Source: an uncultured virus (IMG/VR IMGVR_UViG_3300046007_008038)
Taxonomy: Duplodnaviria > Heunggongvirae > Uroviricota > Caudoviricetes
Length of the DNA: 64,000 nucleotides
Reading direction: 5' to 3' (one strand)
Virus record (IMG/VR): IMGVR_UViG_3300046007_008038
Shown: piece after piece, positions 60,167 to 64,000 of the stretch
How positions within the stretch are numbered: position 1 is the first letter of the stretch
How the letters are laid out: each line of letters opens with the position of its first letter
Notes under the pieces: generated by a model
Told to the model about the DNA's origin: nothing
The model's input: only the letters and a program-made list of their open reading frames with translations
Database searches by the model: none
Position numbers and translations under genes: made by a program

Positions 60167-60479
60167 TATTAACCCTAGAGAAATTTTCGTTAGAAGACAA
60201 ACAAAAAGAAGTAGATTTTCAGTACAAAGATCTGGTATTTGGGGATTTGAAAACTATAATAATTATACAATTACAAATGTCATAGATGGTGTTTTTTATT
60301 ATAAAATACCTTTTAAGTTTGGGGTACTTGATTCTGGACAGTTTAATCCAAATATTTTACAAAAAATTGGAGAGGCTGGAGATTATTTAAGTGTTGATCA
60401 ACTAGGAAACCTAGATATTCTTACAGAAGCTAACTTTTTATTGAAAAATCCTAATTTAAATAAAAATAAATCTACTTGA
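60159..60479 (+). CDS. hypothetical protein
   Basis: 106 aa, AGGAG RBS. Confidence 0.6.
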   Translation: MSDINPREIFVRRQTKRSRFSVQRSGIWGFENYNNYTITNVIDGVFYYKIPFKFGVLDSGQFNPNILQKIGEAGDYLSVDQLGNLDILTEANFLLKNPNLNKNKST

Positions 60480-60521
60480 CTACTCTTATAAATTCATGAC
60501 CGTACTATACAAAGCACTACA

Positions 60522-60956
60522 ATGAGCCAAACTTTAGAAAAATCACTAGATAACTTTACTTGGGAAAACTACCACATTATTTCTGATAATGTGTTGAAGT
60601 TTGACGATGTTAGTGTAGACTCTGAACTATCGAAACAAGCGTCCACATACTCGTATTACCATGCGCTAATGGCACTAGCTAAGAAAAAGCTATCTGATGC
60701 CGAAACTGACCATGGTCAGTACATGGCAACGCTCCGTAAGAATGTTCGTATTGAGAATCCCTCTAAACTAACTGCCAAAGATCTTGATGATGCTGTACTG
60801 GCTGACGAAACCAACAAAGAACACCTAAACTTAATCAATGAGCTATCGTTCCGTTACGAGCTATTGAAGGGTTTGGTTAGGGCACTTGAGCAGAAGAAAG
60901 ATATGCTGCAACAGGTGTCCGCAAACAAGCGTGAAGAAACTAAACTTTACAAATAA
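60522..60956 (+). CDS. uvsY: UvsY-like recombination mediator
   Basis: 144-aa helical protein with UvsY-like pattern, next to gp32. Confidence 0.6.
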   Translation: MSQTLEKSLDNFTWENYHIISDNVLKFDDVSVDSELSKQASTYSYYHALMALAKKKLSDAETDHGQYMATLRKNVRIENPSKLTAKDLDDAVLADETNKEHLNLINELSFRYELLKGLVRALEQKKDMLQQVSANKREETKLYK

Positions 60957-60970
60957 CAGGAGAACTGAAT

Positions 60971-61720
60971 ATGGGTATTGATCTTAATGCGCTTCGTAAG
61001 AAGCACGAAGAACTTATGGGCAAGAACAAGGGTGGAGGAGGAGATGACTTCATCAAGAAGTTTTATCAGGTAAAGGATGGATCCAATACCATCCGTATCC
61101 TACCATCTAAGACAGAAGAAAAAGAATTCTATGCTGAGACTAAGATCCATAGAATTCCGATGGAAAATGGGCAAGTAAAGAATGTCCATTGTCGCAAGAT
61201 CCATAACGAATCTTGCCCGTTGTGTGATCTTTATTACAGTCTTTGGAAGACTGCGAAGAAGGAAGATGAAGCTCTGGCACGGCTAATCAAGCCTCGTTCA
61301 AGATATTACATGAATATTCTGGATCGAGAGACTAACGATGTTAAGATTCTTTCCATCGGGATGATTCTCTTCCAGAAGATTGTTGGGGCCATGATTGATT
61401 CAGACTTTGGCGATATCACTGACATTGAGAAGGGTCATGATTTCAAGATTGTTAAGCATATGGAGGGTCAATGGCCCCGCTATGATCAGTCCCAGCCCCG
61501 TCCAAAGTCTTCACCTTTGGGAACAAAGGCTGAAATCGCAAAGGTTATGGATACACTCCACGATATCCATGGTCTAGTCAAGTTGGAAGAGTATGATGAG
61601 GTTAAGAGAATTGCTGAAACACTTGCCATTGGAGGTAAGTTGACCCCCTCTGAAAAAGATGCTCCCAACGAAGAATCTGAAGAAGAAGGTGGAGATTATA
61701 TTTCTAAACTAAGGAGTTGA
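60971..61720 (+). CDS. gp32: single-stranded DNA-binding protein gp32-like
   Basis: IRILP, H..C..CPLC zinc site, RYYMN, GHDFKI, acidic tail. Confidence 0.88.
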   Translation: MGIDLNALRKKHEELMGKNKGGGGDDFIKKFYQVKDGSNTIRILPSKTEEKEFYAETKIHRIPMENGQVKNVHCRKIHNESCPLCDLYYSLWKTAKKEDEALARLIKPRSRYYMNILDRETNDVKILSIGMILFQKIVGAMIDSDFGDITDIEKGHDFKIVKHMEGQWPRYDQSQPRPKSSPLGTKAEIAKVMDTLHDIHGLVKLEEYDEVKRIAETLAIGGKLTPSEKDAPNEESEEEGGDYISKLRS

Positions 61721-61723
61721 TTA

Positions 61724-62347
61724 ATGAAAAACTTTGTTATTGTTGGCTTGCTTGCTTTTGGGCTGTTTAGTTGTGCTGGCTTCACTTTTGGAAGTGGGCA
61801 TACTGAACAACCTGTAGCACCCCTTGTTATTACAGAAACTAGTAATGTCACTGCTGAATCCTTGAAAAATCAGCAATCAGTAGTGATTCCAATAGAAACT
61901 CTAGGCGGTGATGTTGGGGATGCATTAAAGGGCGAGTTTGAACGGCGAGGTACTCAACCTGTTATTACTACAAAGGATCATCTAACAAATGCCGCAGGTG
62001 CTATGGTGGTTACTTTGGATGCTAATGCAACACAAGAGGTACTTTCACCGAATGTAATTAGTTTAATTGCAAATGTTTTTGGGTCAACGATTCCGGGATC
62101 AGCACCGTGGATGCAATTGCTGATCGTCATTCTACCCTTCCTATCCAGCCGCTTCCGCAAGCATACTGTAACGGCTGTTAGGAGAATTGTCCCCGGAGTT
62201 GAAGGTCCGAACCAAGACGGAAAGGTGCCTGATTTTGATGACTTGCGTGAGGCTGTGATTGACTTGACTAAGGCAGTCACTTTGGCACCTAAGGAATCTC
62301 AGGATGTTATCGTTAAGCAAAAAAATCAAGAAATAATGCATGATTGA
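61724..62347 (+). CDS. putative lipoprotein / membrane protein
   Basis: MKNFVIVGLLAFGLFSC signal with lipobox-like Cys; later hydrophobic segment. Confidence 0.6.
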   Translation: MKNFVIVGLLAFGLFSCAGFTFGSGHTEQPVAPLVITETSNVTAESLKNQQSVVIPIETLGGDVGDALKGEFERRGTQPVITTKDHLTNAAGAMVVTLDANATQEVLSPNVISLIANVFGSTIPGSAPWMQLLIVILPFLSSRFRKHTVTAVRRIVPGVEGPNQDGKVPDFDDLREAVIDLTKAVTLAPKESQDVIVKQKNQEIMHD

Positions 62348-62365
62348 TTTAAATAACTGACTTTT

Positions 62366-62405
62366 ATAAGAGCAGGGATTTACCCTCCCTGCTCTTATTT
62401 TTTTT
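62366..62405 (+). terminator. rho-independent terminator
   Basis: ATAAGAGCAGGGA / TCCCTGCTCTTAT stem then T run. Confidence 0.85.
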
Positions 62406-63572
62406 ATGAGTGATAAATTAAAAATATTGGTTTGCCCTGCTAATGAAGGCGGTTGTGCTTATTACAGGGCCATAGTTCCATATAAAAAACTTGCTGAATT
62501 ATATCCTGATAAGGTAGAAGTTAGAATGAACTTTAACCCCTTGGGAGTTGATCCCAGTTCAGGACAATGGATACCTAATTGGCCCTTTGAGGATATGAAA
62601 TGGGCTGATATAGTAATGGTTAGCAACCTGAGTAACTACGGTGGAAACTATACAGCTAGAATCGTAGGTAAGGCTAAAGAGTTTGGCAAGTTTGTACACT
62701 ACGATACAGATGATCTATTAACTGATTTGTACAAAGGACATAGATTGTATGGTGTTTATCAAGAGCGAGGGTTAGGAGAAATAACTAAGTTTATATATCA
62801 TCACTCAGATTTAGTCTCAGTAACTCAACAAAAGTTTGCTAGTAGAATAAAACCATTCTGTACAAAATACTTAGCGGTTATAAAGAATTCAATAGATTAT
62901 AATCTTCCTTGCTGGAATATGCAAAGGGTTCTGTTGAAGAAGAACATTTGCCGTTTTGGTTGGGCAGGAGGGATTCACCATGAGCAGGATCTCCATGTAT
63001 TTGCTGGTGTCCCTGCAATGGTTAATCAGCGTGTAGGCCCACAGAATTGCAGATGGGATTTTTATGGGCATCCTCCACCAGACACAAAGAAAGACGATTG
63101 GCAAGTATCTGTTTGGAAGAATTACAAAGCTAAGTTCCTAGGTAATATGAAGAGGGACACTAATTTTGGAATTCATTATGCATTACCTACAGATAGATAT
63201 GGATCATTCTTTACTAATATGGATGTTGCATTAGCACCGTTAGAAATGAATGAGTTTAATGATTCCAAGTCTGAGATTAAGGTAGCAGAATGTGGAAGAT
63301 ATCAAATTCCTTTGGTAGCTTCTAATGTTGGGTGCTATGATGAATGGATAATAAATGGAGAGACTGGATACCTAATAGATCATGATGCACCTAAAACTGA
63401 ATGGGTGCGTATATTGACTAAGATAGCTAAAGAAAGAGATCATCGAGAGGAGATGGGTAGAAGACTTTATAAGCTAACAGAAGAAAACTTTGATCTTAAC
63501 AAAGTTGCTATAAATAGACTTAAGATCTATGAGCAACTATTGAGGAAACCCATACAGGTTCAAGCAGTATGA
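62406..63572 (+). CDS. glycosyltransferase (GT-B fold, GT4-like)
   Basis: GCAYYR, YDTDD, GWAGG..H..D, APL..NEFN..KSEIK..E, ETG. Confidence 0.85.
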   Translation: MSDKLKILVCPANEGGCAYYRAIVPYKKLAELYPDKVEVRMNFNPLGVDPSSGQWIPNWPFEDMKWADIVMVSNLSNYGGNYTARIVGKAKEFGKFVHYDTDDLLTDLYKGHRLYGVYQERGLGEITKFIYHHSDLVSVTQQKFASRIKPFCTKYLAVIKNSIDYNLPCWNMQRVLLKKNICRFGWAGGIHHEQDLHVFAGVPAMVNQRVGPQNCRWDFYGHPPPDTKKDDWQVSVWKNYKAKFLGNMKRDTNFGIHYALPTDRYGSFFTNMDVALAPLEMNEFNDSKSEIKVAECGRYQIPLVASNVGCYDEWIINGETGYLIDHDAPKTEWVRILTKIAKERDHREEMGRRLYKLTEENFDLNKVAINRLKIYEQLLRKPIQVQAV

Positions 63573-63886
63573 AAACTTTTAAACACTCAGGTGATTTGGG
63601 GGATATAATTTATTCGTTACCTACCATGAAAGATTTAGGTGGAGGTATACTTTACTTAGATGTTTTAGGTGGTGCAGACGATGAATATTGCAAATTACAA
63701 TTAAAGTATCCTTGAGACGGAAAAACTAAATTTAACCAAAAAGGATTTGATTTTTTAGACTATGATTATATTGGTGCTCCATGGTTAGAAGTACCAATTA
63801 GTGATGATTGTAAAGTTGGAAATGGTGGATTTTCTCTAAGAAGTAAAAAATTATTAGAGGAAACTTCCTTACTTCATGAGGTTATA
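63569..63886 (+). pseudogene. chimeric remnant: HSGDLGD-type glycosyltransferase N-terminus joined to a DUF5672-like core
   Basis: In-frame TGA at 63713; then DYDYIGAPW...VGNGGFSLRSKKLL in the same frame. Confidence 0.6.
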
Positions 63887-64000
63887 ATGCAAAAAAATAT
63901 CCCATTATTTAAAGTTTTTATGTCAGATTCCGCAGCAGCGGAAGTCACCAAAGTTTTGAACTCTGGCTTCATTGGACAAGGCCCAAAAGTTGAAGAGTTT
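63887..64000 (+). CDS. DegT/DnrJ-family sugar aminotransferase, N-terminus (runs off window)
   Basis: GAGG RBS; MQKNIPLFKVFMS...VLNSGFIGQGPKVEEF. Confidence 0.75.
   Translation, partial: MQKNIPLFKVFMSDSAAAEVTKVLNSGFIGQGPKVEEF

Noticed and set aside
6015..63104. Short antisense or alternate-frame ORFs in the track (e.g. 6978-7388, 17398-17838, 40739-41173, 44127-44477)
   Set aside because: Lie inside well-supported genes, no RBS or motifs; shadow ORFs.
63713..63715. TGA stop-codon reassignment
   Set aside because: Only one in-frame TGA; TGA and TAG end many intact conserved genes and code 11 gives dense coding.
1..64000. tRNA, rRNA, integrase, transposase, reverse transcriptase/DGR
   Set aside because: Intergenic gaps are short and AT-rich, with no cloverleaf or relevant motifs recognised.

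Overview
A 64 kb segment of a large, AT-rich (about 30% GC by eye) tailed phage with T4-superfamily (contractile-tail) morphogenesis, read in the standard genetic code. 1-6 kb: UvsW helicase, gp26-like hub/tail chaperone, primase and a Cas4/RecB-like nuclease. 6-34.5 kb: tape measure, baseplate, spike, fibre and PAAR genes. 34.5-46.5 kb: head, neck, sheath and tube (gp21, 22, 23, 13, 14, 15, 18, 19); no portal or terminase is recognisable in the window. 49-62 kb: resolvase, minimal gp55 sigma, UDG/family-A polymerase, ThyX, gp47/46, ribonucleotide reductase, gp41, UvsY, gp32. The window ends at the start of a glycan-modification island. Most notable: (1) a 1425-aa tail-module protein whose N-terminal half holds about 60 Cys in eight repeated modules with Pro/Gly linkers; (2) an uncalled, start-less gp51-like ORF apparently reached by -1 frameshifting from the gp26-like gene; (3) a family-A DNA polymerase split over three genes; (4) apparent avoidance of CCWGG; (5) modular basic head proteins that look like gp21-cleaved polyproteins; (6) a three-gene chimeric remnant at the right end. 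All calls come from motif recognition and gene order; no searches were run.
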